A stretch of 63,941 nucleotides of DNA, filler included, from Octopus bimaculoides (Eukaryota), in the NCBI RefSeq assembly GCF_001194135.2. It is 5 parts of 4 records of this genome, joined end to end, with 100 filler letters (N's around TTAATTAATTAA, not from the genome) between each part and the next. Parts side by side here need not be neighbours in the genome. Positions count along the whole stretch, not along the records: positions 56,528 to 62,524 come from NC_068993.1; positions 62,625 to 63,941 come from NC_069009.1; 3 more parts are not named here. One strand, given 5' to 3'. Position 1 is the first letter of the stretch. The number at the start of each line of letters is the position of its first letter. The position numbers and the translations under genes were made by a program. Under the pieces are notes generated by a model. That model searched no databases and was not told the DNA's origin. It saw nothing but the letters and a program-made list of their open reading frames with translations. Shown here in pieces: positions 62,386 through 63,941 of the stretch.

Positions 62386-62629
62386 CAAACGAATAATAAC
62401 AGACAATGGATAATTGTTAGCTCATTACAGCTGTTTCTTAAGCACTTCTTAATAGAAGAATGAGAACATTACTCCATTACAAAAAATAACTGGAGGTTTT
62501 TCGAGCAGGATCGTTGCCAGTGCCNNNNNNNNNNNNNNNNNNNNNNNNNNNNNNNNNNNNNNNNNNNNTTAATTAATTAANNNNNNNNNNNNNNNNNNNN
62601 NNNNNNNNNNNNNNNNNNNNNNNNATATA

Positions 62630-62756
62630 TATATGGGAGAATATACAAAAAATAACAACAGACGAGGACAGGTGGTGTAAATAACAAAAGTATATATTAG
62701 TATGACGCTCGGGAATACGGAAAGTCTTTGACGTTTCGAGCTACGCTCTTCAACAG
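62630..62756 (-). mobile_element. PLE pLTR-like end with hammerhead-like motif
   Basis: atgggagaat.tac.aaaaa.aacaacagacga.gaca.gtggt.taaa.aacaaa is shared with ~50195-50247; minus strand CUGUUGA-A-GAGC(GUA)GCUC-GAAA-CGUC. Confidence 0.5.
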
Positions 62757-63690
62757 CGTACACACATATACATACACAAAATACACACATGCATTCACAC
62801 ACATACACATACATATACATAGACACATACATGCATATACATACATTTGTACGTATATACATACGGTAGTCGTGTGGTGATGAATATTGAAGCAGTGCTA
62901 TATGTGTAGGAAAATGATGCTTATATTAACTAGTAAGATATTAAATGATTGACAATTTATAAAGGTGATGGGTGGTCTATTAATCTACAGAGATAGATTG
63001 TGTTGTTAAGTTAGATGGAAATGAGAGGGGGCAAAAAAAGGGGGGTTTAAAGGAGTAAAAATTACTTGTATAAACTAAGTTAATATTATTACCAAAGTTT
63101 ACTTCGATAATCACGTTCTATCTTTGTTGGTGCAAGGGTTTTCCAATAGATAAAATAAAATTTTATGTGGTGCAGTATTTTATACGTCATAAAGCAGAGA
63201 GAAGAAAATATTTATATGTTTTGAATTCATCTTACGATGAACGTAAACAAATGAACTAGGATTGCTTTCAGAATCTTAGATATGTCTAAGAAAGTTAAAA
63301 AAGACAAATGCAATTCCTAGACGCAGAATAATGCCACTAATATAACCTAAAACAGGATAAATAACTCCTATCTTTGCTGAATAAAGTGAAAGCAGTAAAT
63401 GAATGATATGGATGTACGAAAGAGCCATGAAATCAAATGAATAAGGTTATTGGAGCACAACGCATTGAACACCGTTGGAAGTAATGTTTATGTTAAGTTG
63501 AACTGAAAGTAATGTTTGAGTACATGTTTATCGATGTTCTGGGTGTCCTAATTTGGGTTAAAAAAATGGAGTGTGCTTAGATAACATATATCAAGCGAGA
63601 CACGTCTACCATACCTTTATACATATAAAGGTATAATTAACTTGTATCGCTTGAATTATTTGAGAAACTAATAAGTGAATAGGTGAGCCG

Positions 63691-63745
63691 TCTACGTAAG
63701 GAAGGAACCATTTGTAATCTTCGAAACATATGTTAGAAATAAAAG
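63691..63745 (+). ncRNA. Decayed relative of the 51520 hammerhead
   Basis: ttgtaatcttcgaaacatatgttagaaataaaa versus ttgtaatcctttgaaacatatgtaggaataaaa; CUGANGA box lost. Confidence 0.35.
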
Positions 63746-63941
63746 AATTCATTTAACATATGCGTATTACTCCATTTATTAAATTTTTATATTTACTCAA
63801 TTGCCCAAAATAACGGAGTTTCTACCTCATAAACAGGAGTTACACCACAGTCATTTTGTGATCTTTGCTACCCTGGTATCTATTAACCAATTTATTTTGT
63901 CGGAGTTAATTATTAACTAAAAGAAAATAAATACATATAAT

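Noticed and set aside
62415-62470. GAAACAGCUGUA palindrome on the minus strand (similar at 19830 and 54460)
   Set aside because: Stem III-like palindrome present, but no recognisable CUGANGA box at the right position.

Overview
AT-rich eukaryotic non-coding DNA from a gapped short-read draft assembly. The SINE families and extreme microsatellite load point to a coleoid cephalopod, most likely Octopus (inference from recalled repeat families, not a search). No intact protein-coding gene is recognisable; nearly all entries in the ORF track are translated microsatellites, N-gaps or transposon debris. The window is a mosaic of microsatellites and ~40 SINE copies (three tRNA-headed families here called A, B/B2 and C, plus an RTE-tailed family D). 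It also holds fragments of R4/Dong-like, RTE and Tx1/L1-like LINEs, Penelope-like elements (PLEs), a mariner, Tigger/pogo-like elements, MITEs and Helitron pieces. The best leads are: (1) several minimal type-I hammerhead ribozyme motifs with palindromic stem III, one with an intact core at 51520-51603 and one inside a 334-bp retrozyme/pLTR-like tandem unit at 50247-50714; (2) a SINE variant (B2) whose tail matches the local Tx1-like LINE 3' end and which is always joined to another family-B SINE, three times at the same position; (3) a Dong-like LINE sitting in (TAA)n; (4) a CpG-decay switch near 26.6 kb and a SINE orientation switch near 33.2 kb; (5) isolated candidate minus-strand exons. 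All alignments, folds and translations were done by eye; most repeat boundaries are approximate (about +/-10-20 bp).
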